Source of the DNA: a virus
Reading direction: 5' to 3' (one strand)
IMG/VR virus record: IMGVR_UViG_3300022225_001767
Length of the DNA stretch: 64,000 nt
The notes beneath the pieces were generated by a model. The model searched no databases. It was given only the letters and a program-made list of their open reading frames with translations, and was not told the origin of the DNA. Positions 1 to 9,059 of this stretch are shown here, piece after piece (position 1 is the stretch's first letter; the number at the start of each line of letters is the position of its first letter). The translations under genes and the position numbers were made by a program.

Positions 1-102
1 CTAAATCCGGAAGTGAAAGATATCTTCAGTTTCACCTATGACGATTTTGAATTGGTTAATTATCAATGCCACCCTGCTATACAAGCGCCTATCGCAGTAT
101 AG
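1..102 (+). CDS. thyA: Thymidylate synthase, 3' end (partial)
   Basis: Frame 1 reads [33 protein letters not shown], the typical ThyA C-terminus. Confidence 0.9.
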   Translation, partial: LNPEVKDIFSFTYDDFELVNYQCHPAIQAPIAV

Positions 103-121
103 AAACTGACATAACTAAGTA

Positions 122-150
122 AAAAGCAGAGCGCTTGGCGCTCTGCTTTT
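122..150. terminator. Bidirectional intrinsic terminator
   Basis: AAAAGCAGAGCGC-TTG-GCGCTCTGCTTTT between convergent genes. Confidence 0.85.
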
Positions 151-153
151 CTT

Positions 154-780
154 TTACGCGGCTTTTTGAAGCTCAGCAAGACGCTGTTTAAGGTGATGGA
201 CCTGACCCTCCGCATTCCCGAAAATGCGCATTCCCATATGTTCTTTTAACACTGTACGATACGCTTGTATCTGCGCTTCAGTCATCACGGTAGACAAGAA
301 ATCTATTTTGACATGGGCGTGATTTCTCTCTCTATAACCACTGCAAACGGCCTCTGCATGGCAAATGAAGGTTGCTTCAGAGCATGTTACAAACTTACTA
401 TCACCGCTCTCCATCTTCTCAATAAATGCCATATACGCAGCGCTCGCTTGTGTTTCATCTCGCATCAGCACAACCCGCTCTGCTTGCTCATGCTGACCTA
501 GGTCAAACAATGCATTTGCTGCAAACATTAACGTTGATTCGTACTGAACTCTGTTGTCACGAAACCATCCACCTTTATGGCTGTTTGACGTGAGCGCATC
601 TGGATTTAAATTGAGTTCTTTTTCTGTTCGCATGTTGAGAGATTGGACTAACATGTTATATTGATTAAATAAGCGGCTAAATCTATTCACGGCCACCAGC
701 GAAAATAAATCTCTATAATGAAGTTCCATATTACACCTTTTGCATTGCGGTGCCCTATCGGCACTTCTTGATGTTATCAC
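154..780 (-). CDS. Hypothetical protein (N-terminal CxxC)
   Basis: 208-aa ORF ending at the terminator; start uncertain. Confidence 0.6.
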   Translation of the reverse strand: MITSRSADRAPQCKRCNMELHYRDLFSLVAVNRFSRLFNQYNMLVQSLNMRTEKELNLNPDALTSNSHKGGWFRDNRVQYESTLMFAANALFDLGQHEQAERVVLMRDETQASAAYMAFIEKMESGDSKFVTCSEATFICHAEAVCSGYRERNHAHVKIDFLSTVMTEAQIQAYRTVLKEHMGMRIFGNAEGQVHHLKQRLAELQKAA

Positions 781-812
781 AAAAAAACACCTTGGTTTAA
801 CCTCTTTTTTGG

Positions 813-855
813 TTGCCTTGAGTTGTTCATGATGTTAATATAACTTCGTCAACAC
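813..855 (+). promoter_or_regulatory. sigma70 promoter with GTCAACAC leader motif
   Basis: TTGCCT-17-TAATAT-6-GTCAACAC(848-855), then AGAGG RBS and ATG 868. Confidence 0.75.
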
Positions 856-867
856 AGAGGAATTTAT

Positions 868-1347
868 ATGTCATCTTTTATCTATAATGCATTTACATCT
901 AAAGCACTTATTGATATTGCCAATCGCGAGCTTAAAGCAATAGGCGCACGTACTCGTGTAAGCCGTGTGGTTAAATCTCATAGCGACGTGCTACCTGGCC
1001 TTATTCAAGTTAAAACGAACCGTGGTGCGGACGCGTTGTTACACGTATGGAACTATGGAAATCGCCTTGAAACATTGTGTGTACGAGGCATACATCGTAT
1101 CACAGACAAGTACGGCAAGTTCGGTTTGTTACCTAACGGACAGCCTACCAGAGGACTTCGCACTTACATCTTCAACGGCGAAATGGGCGACGCTTACGTT
1201 GCCAGCGAGGAAGACATCGCTCAGTTTGTCACGCTTACCTTTGACGGCGTTGATACTGACGTTGTAAATAAGCGCATTGCTGATTCCATTGATTTTGCAA
1301 ACCGCGCGCTAAATGGCCCTCTTGAAGCCATTCGCATTGCTGCATAA
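868..1347 (+). CDS. Hypothetical protein
   Basis: 159-aa ORF with good RBS; first gene of an apparent operon with the methyltransferase. Confidence 0.75.
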   Translation: MSSFIYNAFTSKALIDIANRELKAIGARTRVSRVVKSHSDVLPGLIQVKTNRGADALLHVWNYGNRLETLCVRGIHRITDKYGKFGLLPNGQPTRGLRTYIFNGEMGDAYVASEEDIAQFVTLTFDGVDTDVVNKRIADSIDFANRALNGPLEAIRIAA

Positions 1348-1358
1348 GGGGATATTTT

Positions 1359-2753
1359 ATGCTTAACCGCTTCATTACGCGCATTCAGAACTACGCCGTC
1401 AAGCATCTTAAAAATGGTGCAGCTCGCGTATACATCAAAAACACCGAAGCGCTGCAAGCAGCAGGGTTTTTGAAAAACACCAACATCCGCATTACATACC
1501 TTAAAAATGGCATCGACATTCATGTTGATCAGAACGGTAGCAATAAGGTGATGGACACCGGGCGCGGTGAACTGGTTGAGCTTAAAAATAAAGACACAGG
1601 CAAAGCACTGGCTAACACAGCAAAAGTGTCGGTTACTTTCCGAAAGGGCGTTTTACGTATACGTGTGCATGGCCTCGACGCCGCACAGCAATCGCGTGTA
1701 TCTCGCGTCATTAACACCCTGAAACAAGGCAAACCGCTGCGTACCGCGTGCTTTTTCTCAGGTTTAGGCATGCTTAGCTACCATGTAAAAGAAGGGCTTA
1801 AACGTGCAGGTGTGGCTACTGAAATTACGTTTGCCAATGATGTTGATGAACTGGCCATGAGTTGCAACCTTGAAGGCAACCCTATGTGGTTAAACGCCAG
1901 TGAAGATGCATTGGCTGTCACCGACTCATTGGATGCACTTCATTTATATGATCTTCCACAGGTTGACGTGGCGACTATTGGCTATCCTTGTGTTGGTCAA
2001 TCCATCTTAGCGGATAAAGAAAAGCGTGATCTAATGCACCCCTTAGTAGGCACGCTATTCATGCCACTTTTCACTGCACTGCGAAAAATGAATCCCGCGA
2101 TAATCGTCATTGAAAACACGCCACGTTTTGCGGCATCGCAAACCCTTGACTTGTTAATGCGCGCACTTCCTGATTATCAATTTGAGCAACGTGTTATGGA
2201 CGGTCACGATTACAATGAGATTGAATCGCGCAAACGCGTAGCGATTGTTGCCACTACAAAGGGCTTGCCTGCATTGAAACTAGACAATGTTCCGTCGTTA
2301 TTTAATGACGCTCCTGTGCGCACGCTTCGCGATATTCAGGACGACATCCCTTTGGATGCACCTTGTTGGCGTGAAATGCAGCACGTCAAAGCCCGTGACA
2401 ATATGGCACATTTAGGTTATCGAAATGCGCTGTATTTTGGTGATGAAACCACAATGACTACGTTGCCAGCCTCTTATGGGCCACCTAAAGCAGGCGTACC
2501 TATGTTTGCTCACCCTGTCAACGACAAGCTTCAGCGACAGGTCATGCCAAATGAGCATGCAGTACTACGAGAACTACCAGATAGCTTAAAGAAATGCATT
2601 GATGATGTGTGGAATGGCATTCACGCATTGGTTAGTAAGCGAGGCTCATTCAGTGCTGCACACCGTTTATGTGGCAATGGCGTATCTAAACGTATATGGC
2701 AAAGCGTAGGCGCATCATTAGGCCAACAAATGAAAGCTTGGCGTTACGCATAA
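1359..2753 (+). CDS. C5 cytosine DNA methyltransferase with N-terminal extension (IncC Dcm-like)
   Basis: Motifs FFSGLG (I), GYPC (IV), ENT (VI), RKRV (VIII), GNGV (X); about 120-aa N-terminal extra domain. Confidence 0.85.
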   Translation: MLNRFITRIQNYAVKHLKNGAARVYIKNTEALQAAGFLKNTNIRITYLKNGIDIHVDQNGSNKVMDTGRGELVELKNKDTGKALANTAKVSVTFRKGVLRIRVHGLDAAQQSRVSRVINTLKQGKPLRTACFFSGLGMLSYHVKEGLKRAGVATEITFANDVDELAMSCNLEGNPMWLNASEDALAVTDSLDALHLYDLPQVDVATIGYPCVGQSILADKEKRDLMHPLVGTLFMPLFTALRKMNPAIIVIENTPRFAASQTLDLLMRALPDYQFEQRVMDGHDYNEIESRKRVAIVATTKGLPALKLDNVPSLFNDAPVRTLRDIQDDIPLDAPCWREMQHVKARDNMAHLGYRNALYFGDETTMTTLPASYGPPKAGVPMFAHPVNDKLQRQVMPNEHAVLRELPDSLKKCIDDVWNGIHALVSKRGSFSAAHRLCGNGVSKRIWQSVGASLGQQMKAWRYA

Positions 2754-2773
2754 TTATTAACGAGGATAAGTAC

Positions 2774-2995
2774 ATGCAAACAATTATATGCAAACACGAT
2801 GATCGAGGTGGATTCGAAGTGCTTGGCACCGATGGGCAACCTGTTAGGATCATTCTTGTCGAAGATGATCACATGGATGCTGCCAACATTACGGTCAATG
2901 GCGACAGACACCTAATTGCCAACGAATTTGTTGCAGAAAGCAAACCTGACATGGTGGCGAACGCTATGCTCACCTACACGCCATTCGAAGGCTAA
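2774..2995 (+). CDS. Hypothetical protein
   Basis: GAGGA RBS before ATG 2774. Confidence 0.55.
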   Translation: MQTIICKHDDRGGFEVLGTDGQPVRIILVEDDHMDAANITVNGDRHLIANEFVAESKPDMVANAMLTYTPFEG

Positions 2996-3160
2996 AAAAT
3001 GGCATCAACATGAAAGTCGACTTTTTTGCATAGCAATTACGAAACACCACCAAAGATGAAGATGTGTGTCGTTGCCCCAAGTCAATCTTGGTGATAGAAT
3101 GTTGTAAGCGAACTGTCATAATACGTGGCAGCAATACTTATGGTGAAAACAGTCACTTTT

Positions 3161-3583
3161 ATGTTGAATATTACTTTTTACGCTTTACTTTCAATCGGGA
3201 TGTTGTTTTATAGTACAAGTGTGTACTGCTTGACGCTCATAGCACACCCCGACACCCCCAGCACGCTAAATGCGCAACAAGTTAAGCGCATCTTCACGGG
3301 CAAGCAGCGTCAATTCGATGATGGCAGCAGCGTCACCCCTGTCAACCAACCGGAAGGCTCTGTTGCAAGGGCACAATTTGACTCATCAGTACTCGGTCGC
3401 TCAACCTCTCAAATTACAGCGTATTGGTCTAAGCGTGTATTTACGGGCAAAGGCAAACCACCTATCGTCGTTGCTTCTGATGCTGAAATGCTGTCCTATG
3501 TGCAATCAACCCCAGGTGCAGTCGGCTATGTTTCTGACAATGAGGAGCCCAAAAAGGTCAGAGTAATAACGTTAACAAACTAG
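3161..3583 (+). CDS. Stand-alone small periplasmic-binding-fold protein (short 'phosphate ABC substrate-binding-like' family)
   Basis: Signal peptide; VKRIFTGK...YWSKRVFTGKGKPP...PGAVGYV family pattern; start uncertain. Confidence 0.7.
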   Translation: MLNITFYALLSIGMLFYSTSVYCLTLIAHPDTPSTLNAQQVKRIFTGKQRQFDDGSSVTPVNQPEGSVARAQFDSSVLGRSTSQITAYWSKRVFTGKGKPPIVVASDAEMLSYVQSTPGAVGYVSDNEEPKKVRVITLTN

Positions 3584-3652
3584 TTTTTTGTTGCATTTTC
3601 CCTCTACCGTGGTATTATTAACCTATCGAGTTAACCTACTTATTGGCCGAGA

Positions 3653-4915
3653 ATGAACACCCCAATCCAGCGATCTCTTTTATTAGACACCGTGCTTGAT
3701 GCTTATCATGAGGTAGGTGTCGCGGCTGACAACCTGACAATATACGCAAAGGTTGCCCGTGTTATTGGCATCAACACGCAAGACTATGTCGCTAAGATTG
3801 GACGAGCTAAATCCAGCCGAAACACTTACCATCGCGCCATACGCTACGCGCAACAAACACTAAAAGAAAAAGGGCTTGTTGAGCGTTTGGAGCGAGGGCT
3901 TTGGGGCATTACAAAAAAAGGTAAGCAGACACTCACCGAAATAGACGCAGAACGCCACATGATTGCTTTTTCTAGTGACTTAGGTGTTGCGGTATGGGGA
4001 AATGCATTGCACGTATTCGGCGATACCAAAGCGCAGAAAGATGATATCCATTTATGTCTGACCTCCCCACCTTATCTTGGAATAACCAGAAGCTATGGCA
4101 CTCATCACGATGAGCAAGCATATATTGACTTTTTGCTTTCTGTGCTATTGCCTATTAGAGAGAGAATGGCACCGGGCGCAAACCTTGTGCTTAACATGAG
4201 CAATGACAGCGTATTGAAAGAGCAGTTTGGTGAGCGCTCGCTTTATCTTGAAAAGCTGATTTTGGCGGTTGGCGAAAAACTCGATCTCGCGCTTATGGAC
4301 AGACTTGTTTGGCATGCGCCAGACAAGCCGCCTAAAGGCTACCAAGTGACACACAAAAGAACGCATCTAACCAGTCGATATGAACCCGTATTATGGTTTT
4401 GCAATGATCCTAAACGGTGTCTTGCCGATAACCGCAGAGTTTTATCGTCGTACTCGCCGCAGATGCAAAGACTCGTCAATAACAATGGCGAGTCTACTAT
4501 GCGTAGAGAAAGTGACTATCAGAGCAATACGCGAAAAGGTGGCTTTGGGCGTGACAATGGGGGCAGCATACCCAGTAACGTGCTCACGTTCCCCACACGA
4601 TGCAACAGCAATCGCCTTGTTATAAATGCAGCGCGCGCTCAACAGCTTCCTGTTCACGGTGCACTATACCCTGTAGCACTTGCAGAACACATCATCTCAT
4701 GGCAATGCCCAGAAGGCGGTCTTGTTGTGGACCCTTTTGGAGGCTATGCAACGACAGCATGGGCCGCAGAAAAGTTGGAAAGACGATGGTTAACGTGCGA
4801 GCTCCATTGGGAATACCTGCGCCCCGCTTTATCCAGATTCATCCATCAAGATGGTTTTTTAGTTAACCCTGCTTTCACACAGTTGGACAACTCCGTGCTT
4901 AGAGATTGCGCGTAA
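3653..4915 (+). CDS. Beta-class N4-C/N6-A DNA methyltransferase with N-terminal Mrr_N-like winged helix
   Basis: TSPPY (motif IV) precedes DPFGG (motif I); N-terminus has AQQTLKEKGLVERLERGLWGITKKG. Confidence 0.85.
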   Translation: MNTPIQRSLLLDTVLDAYHEVGVAADNLTIYAKVARVIGINTQDYVAKIGRAKSSRNTYHRAIRYAQQTLKEKGLVERLERGLWGITKKGKQTLTEIDAERHMIAFSSDLGVAVWGNALHVFGDTKAQKDDIHLCLTSPPYLGITRSYGTHHDEQAYIDFLLSVLLPIRERMAPGANLVLNMSNDSVLKEQFGERSLYLEKLILAVGEKLDLALMDRLVWHAPDKPPKGYQVTHKRTHLTSRYEPVLWFCNDPKRCLADNRRVLSSYSPQMQRLVNNNGESTMRRESDYQSNTRKGGFGRDNGGSIPSNVLTFPTRCNSNRLVINAARAQQLPVHGALYPVALAEHIISWQCPEGGLVVDPFGGYATTAWAAEKLERRWLTCELHWEYLRPALSRFIHQDGFLVNPAFTQLDNSVLRDCA

Positions 4916-4950
4916 ACGTAAAATACACAAATAGAAATAAGGAATGTAAA

Positions 4951-5439
4951 ATGCCTGTTATCAAAACACAAAACAAGATCTTTATGCTGTATCGTGGCGT
5001 CACTATTTTTCATAGCTACAAAGAAGATGACTATGATGTTGACTCGCCTATGACGTACTTTTACTCACTCAATGAGTTTGGTGAAGGCGATTTTGATGTT
5101 CGAGATTTAACTTGTCCGGAATCCATAAATGAAAAAGACCATAAGGCCATCATTGCCGCCGCTATCGACAGTGGTGAGCTTAAGGTCGACTACTTCCAGG
5201 TGCTGGACGAAGAGAGCGAGAACGCATTATCACAAGGCCAAATCTGGCTGCTCACGCACCTCCACAATGTCACTGAGCCAACACACATTGGTGACGTCCC
5301 GAACCTTAGCAACATTGACATGGCCATCTTTGTCGCAGCAAAAGATTGCGATACACCGGAAGAGGTGCTAAATAAAAAATCGGATATTTTAGCATCTGTT
5401 GATAACGCATTTGATGCTATAAACAAAGCATCTCTATAA
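4951..5439 (+). CDS. Hypothetical acidic protein
   Basis: AAGGA RBS before ATG 4951. Confidence 0.65.
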   Translation: MPVIKTQNKIFMLYRGVTIFHSYKEDDYDVDSPMTYFYSLNEFGEGDFDVRDLTCPESINEKDHKAIIAAAIDSGELKVDYFQVLDEESENALSQGQIWLLTHLHNVTEPTHIGDVPNLSNIDMAIFVAAKDCDTPEEVLNKKSDILASVDNAFDAINKASL

Positions 5440-5522
5440 TATATTGATACTGGCTGCTGGTTGCTTTTTGTTCTGATTTTAATAATATTAAATTCAATCG
5501 ACCAAAAAGCAACAAAAAAACA

Positions 5523-5552
5523 TTGACTATCAAATATAACTGTTCTATGATG
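5523..5552 (+). promoter_or_regulatory. sigma70 promoter of csrA
   Basis: TTGACT-17-TATGAT; the leader has two AAGGA sites and no GTCAACAC. Confidence 0.6.
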
Positions 5553-5581
5553 AAACTACATCAAGGATAAGGAATAAGATT

Positions 5582-5767
5582 ATGTTAATTTTAACTCGAC
5601 GTGTAGGTGAAACTTTAATGGTTGGTGATGACGTTACCATTTCCGTATTGGGCGTCAAAGGCAATCAGGTTCGCATTGGCGTTAACGCGCCAAAAGAAGT
5701 CAGTGTGCACCGTGAAGAAATTTACATGCGCATTCAAAATGAAAAATCCAATCAAAAAGTGTCATAA
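5582..5767 (+). CDS. csrA: Carbon storage regulator (RNA-binding translational regulator)
   Basis: [48 protein letters not shown], near-canonical CsrA/RsmA. Confidence 0.97.
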   Translation: MLILTRRVGETLMVGDDVTISVLGVKGNQVRIGVNAPKEVSVHREEIYMRIQNEKSNQKVS

Positions 5768-5779
5768 GGTACTTTTTGG

Positions 5780-5823
5780 TTGAACCACCACTCTCCTTGT
5801 GTTATCATTAAAAGTGTCAACAC
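5780..5823 (+). promoter_or_regulatory. sigma70 promoter with GTCAACAC leader motif
   Basis: TTGAAC-17-TATCAT-7-GTCAACAC(5816-5823), AAGGAG, ATG 5835. Confidence 0.7.
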
Positions 5824-5834
5824 AAGGAGTAATT

Positions 5835-6371
5835 ATGTCCCTCAAAATATCTACACCTTTCACAGTTATCTCTGGCGGTCAGACTGGCGCTGATGTCGCG
5901 GGGCTTGCTGCTGCACATAAACTAGGTATCCCTACCACAGGTTGGGCCCCAAAAGGCTTTAAAACCGAAAAAGGCCCCAAGAAAATATTGCAGTCGCGTT
6001 ATGGCTTAATTGAAGATGAGAGTAGAGACTACGGCCCTCGAACCGTAAAAAATGCACACGCAGCAGACATTACATTTATCTTTTCCCCTCAGCAAAAGTC
6101 CAGCGGAACGGTAAAAACAATAAACGCCTGCATTGAGTCAGGGTGCGCTTACGTGGTTTACACTGAATGTAATGATGCAACGACGCGGTCTATCTTAAAT
6201 TACTTGATGCTTATGAAACCTATGGTTGTGAATATTGCAGGTAATCGTGAGTCAAAATGTCGTGGGTTGTCAAAGCAGGTTGTTGGGTGTTTAACACCTG
6301 CACTAAAAAGCTACCTAAACGACGTTACGCGGAACGGAATAATCCCCGTTTACCGCCACGCTAAAAAATAA
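5835..6371 (+). CDS. SLOG-superfamily protein (putative molybdenum-carrier-like family)
   Basis: ISGGQTGADVAGL...GWAPKG...RTVKN...NIAGNRES. Confidence 0.8.
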   Translation: MSLKISTPFTVISGGQTGADVAGLAAAHKLGIPTTGWAPKGFKTEKGPKKILQSRYGLIEDESRDYGPRTVKNAHAADITFIFSPQQKSSGTVKTINACIESGCAYVVYTECNDATTRSILNYLMLMKPMVVNIAGNRESKCRGLSKQVVGCLTPALKSYLNDVTRNGIIPVYRHAKK

Positions 6372-6432
6372 CAACTAATTTAGGATATTCGGAATAACGT
6401 GTGGAAATTAGATATACGGTAAGGGTGAATTC

Positions 6433-7704
6433 ATGAACGTACAAGACAAAATCAAATTCACATCTGAACTCGCAAACCCTGAAGGTTTTTGCATTTCACT
6501 GCGAGAAACCAATGCAAATAAGCATTTTGGTTACGCTTTAGAGGACGTGATTTTGAATGAGACGCCTCTTGCAAAAGTGCACTACGCTGATTTGTTTACA
6601 TATATGCACAGAAGGTTCGGACTGCCGAATATGCCAGGTAATCCGTACAAAGATTTGTCCGCACCTTGGTTTTTAACCACACCACATGATGACGTTTTCT
6701 TAAAAGTTTCGCCAAGCGTTAGTGGTGTTGGATACTGCTTTAATCCTTACATTCTTGTTGAAGATGAATTTCTAAGCAGGGACAAAATTGATGAAAGCAA
6801 TATCCCTGAATATATCGCGGCTTATAAAGATACGCTGAATGATTTGCTCAGACCCGTTTGCGTTCGTGATAGTTATATCAATGCTTTGGGTAAGCTGGAT
6901 TATGACAGCCCATACATGGAATATATAGAAGAGTCCGACGAACATGAAGGCGGTCATGTTTACGTTGTTAAACATGCTGAATCTTCGGGTTGTTGCGACC
7001 CGTTTAGATTATTTGGAAGCGATGATTATTTTGATCTAAACATCATTTTTGATGCATTGGGTGCTGGTGATGCCAAAACAGGTATAAAGCAAGGAGTTAA
7101 AGCCTTACAAGAGAAAATCATAATACGTATTTCAGCCGAGAGTGAAGATGTGGTTGTAACCATATTGGCGTGGCTACTTTTCTTATCTGATGAGAAAGCA
7201 ACACTTGTAGCAAGTCAGATCTTAGGTCTATTCGACAAAAAAACTTCAGAAGCGTTGCACAATAAGGCGACGTTGCTTGCAGAATCTCTAAAAGGAGGGT
7301 CGGAGTTCGACTTTTATCGTTTACGAGAAGAATCAGTAACCAAAGCTGCTAGGTTGCTATCAATAATTGGTTTTGAAAACAACCTCAAGGACACGCTTGA
7401 AAATGCGCATCAAAACCAGCGCTACAAACATTATTCAGCTGAATTGAACTTGATTCTTGGCAATTTGGAAGATTCAGAAGAAAACCAAAAAATCATTCCT
7501 ACAGTTGATGAAGATGACATGTTTTTCCAGAACGTCAATAAAGATTGGTTGGCAGCACTTGACCCAACTAACCATGCTGCTCTTATTGATTGGTATAATA
7601 AAGTAGCTAGCACTCCTAATGGTGTTGAGTATGTACTGCACATTCTTCTGGATTGGCATGAAAGAAACAAAAAAGGCGTGTGCAACGATGCTGTGATATC
7701 GTGA
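6433..7704 (+). CDS. Hypothetical protein
   Basis: 423-aa ORF, no motif recognised. Confidence 0.75.
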   Translation: MNVQDKIKFTSELANPEGFCISLRETNANKHFGYALEDVILNETPLAKVHYADLFTYMHRRFGLPNMPGNPYKDLSAPWFLTTPHDDVFLKVSPSVSGVGYCFNPYILVEDEFLSRDKIDESNIPEYIAAYKDTLNDLLRPVCVRDSYINALGKLDYDSPYMEYIEESDEHEGGHVYVVKHAESSGCCDPFRLFGSDDYFDLNIIFDALGAGDAKTGIKQGVKALQEKIIIRISAESEDVVVTILAWLLFLSDEKATLVASQILGLFDKKTSEALHNKATLLAESLKGGSEFDFYRLREESVTKAARLLSIIGFENNLKDTLENAHQNQRYKHYSAELNLILGNLEDSEENQKIIPTVDEDDMFFQNVNKDWLAALDPTNHAALIDWYNKVASTPNGVEYVLHILLDWHERNKKGVCNDAVIS

Positions 7705-7738
7705 TTCCACACACTATTCCGAATACCCCTAATTTATT

Positions 7739-7987
7739 TTGGAGAAAAAAGTGAACAGGACCACTCCCAGTTTTTTCGACTTTCTTTTAGATGTCGGTAT
7801 CAGCGCACGCATCCGATACATTGATGCCGCTACACTGACGGTCGGCTTTTTGTGTGCATGGGGAGCGATCCAGTTTGACGCTAGCCCGCTTCTTGTTGCC
7901 GCGTCATTTGTCGTCCCTTACGTGACAACGTGGCTCTCACTATTCACCTACTTTAGCCTTCATTGGCGCCGCACGTTTGCGTCGTAG
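7739..7987 (+). CDS. Small membrane protein
   Basis: 82 aa, two hydrophobic segments. Confidence 0.45.
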   Translation: MEKKVNRTTPSFFDFLLDVGISARIRYIDAATLTVGFLCAWGAIQFDASPLLVAASFVVPYVTTWLSLFTYFSLHWRRTFAS

Positions 7988-8474
7988 CGTCATCATCATT
8001 ACTTAACAAGTCATCTAGCACCATAAGGGCACCTGCTCTCAGCAAATCAAGCTCCCTTACACGTTGCGCAATCTGGTCGGCCAGGACTTCAATCATGAGT
8101 GTTGTTAGAGCGTCTTCACGTGAAGGCAGCGCACACCCCTTAACCTCAAGCACATCGACCGGGGTAATTCCGTCTTGCTCTCGCTGCCAAACTACGGAAA
8201 TGGTCTCTTCGTCAAACTCTCGTAATCCTGCCACCTGCTCAAAGTAAAAAAACAAGCCGCCAGCACACACGCCTTTTGAAATCATCACATTACTCTCTTC
8301 AGAACCAGGTATAACCCCCATACTAGACGGCATTCCAATAGGTAGCGTTTTAACAGTATGCTTCAGTCGGCTTTCAAAATCGCCGTCGCTTCGGTAGCAA
8401 AGCGACACCTCTGATAATGTATTGCACTCGATACCATCGACGGTAAGTGTGCTTCTATGCGAGTTACTTTCCAT
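7953..8474 (-). CDS. Hypothetical protein
   Basis: 173-aa ORF with RBS. Confidence 0.65.
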   Translation of the reverse strand: MESNSHRSTLTVDGIECNTLSEVSLCYRSDGDFESRLKHTVKTLPIGMPSSMGVIPGSEESNVMISKGVCAGGLFFYFEQVAGLREFDEETISVVWQREQDGITPVDVLEVKGCALPSREDALTTLMIEVLADQIAQRVRELDLLRAGALMVLDDLLSNDDDATTQTCGANEG

Positions 8475-8600
8475 ATATATATCCCTATTTTGCCCTTGCC
8501 AGAAAGTTATGCTATATTTATTCCAATTGTGGCAGATGCGCCCAATGAAATAAGGAGCCTGACGCTTGTTTTACAGTGGGTTGAAATTTAACCTTTGTTG

Positions 8601-8750
8601 TGTAAAATAAGCTGACATGTTGTTTTGTGATGCATTTATGCTGAATAAATTTACAGTTAAATCACCTTGAATAAGCTTCCTTATAGGGGGAGTTTTAAAT
8701 GTAAGCCGATGATGACATTATACTTTTGTCGTAACTGGCCTACACCTTGC
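8601..8750 (+). promoter_or_regulatory. Putative sigma54 promoter with upstream TGT-N11-ACA site
   Basis: TGTAAAATAAGCTGACA (8601-8617) and TGGCCTACACCTTGC (8736-8750; GG-N10-GC). Confidence 0.5.
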
Positions 8751-8809
8751 GATAGTGGACATTGCATAAAATATGCGTTTTTATTCACTCAAATCGGAAG
8801 GTATTTACA

Positions 8810-8998
8810 ATGAAAAAGGTAGCTCTTTTTGCTGTAGCAACAGCATTCGCTCTAGGGACATCAAGCGCAATGGCTAAACCAGTTGACGCAGAAGAACAAA
8901 AATTAGACAACGTTAGCCCAGTGGAAACCGTGGTTTTACTGAAATCAACACCACCGACAAAACCAAAAACTGGTAATGGTGGCACAGTGGTCTTCTAA
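8810..8998 (+). CDS. Small secreted protein (62 aa)
   Basis: GGAAGG RBS, signal peptide MKKVALFAVATAFALGTSSAMA, followed by a terminator. Confidence 0.7.
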   Translation: MKKVALFAVATAFALGTSSAMAKPVDAEEQKLDNVSPVETVVLLKSTPPTKPKTGNGGTVVF

Positions 8999-9012
8999 GC
9001 CACCTCACACAA

Positions 9013-9040
9013 AAAAAAGCCTGTCATGACAGGCTTTTTT
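9013..9040. terminator. Bidirectional intrinsic terminator
   Basis: AAAAAAGCCTGTC-AT-GACAGGCTTTTTT. Confidence 0.85.
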
Positions 9041-9059
9041 GTTTTATGCTAAATGCAAA

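Noticed and set aside
3161-3583. Phosphate ABC transporter operon
   Set aside because: Short single-domain protein with no pstCAB, porin or chemoreceptor next to it
5835-6371. True molybdenum cofactor carrier
   Set aside because: Family name only; no moa/moe/mod genes in the window
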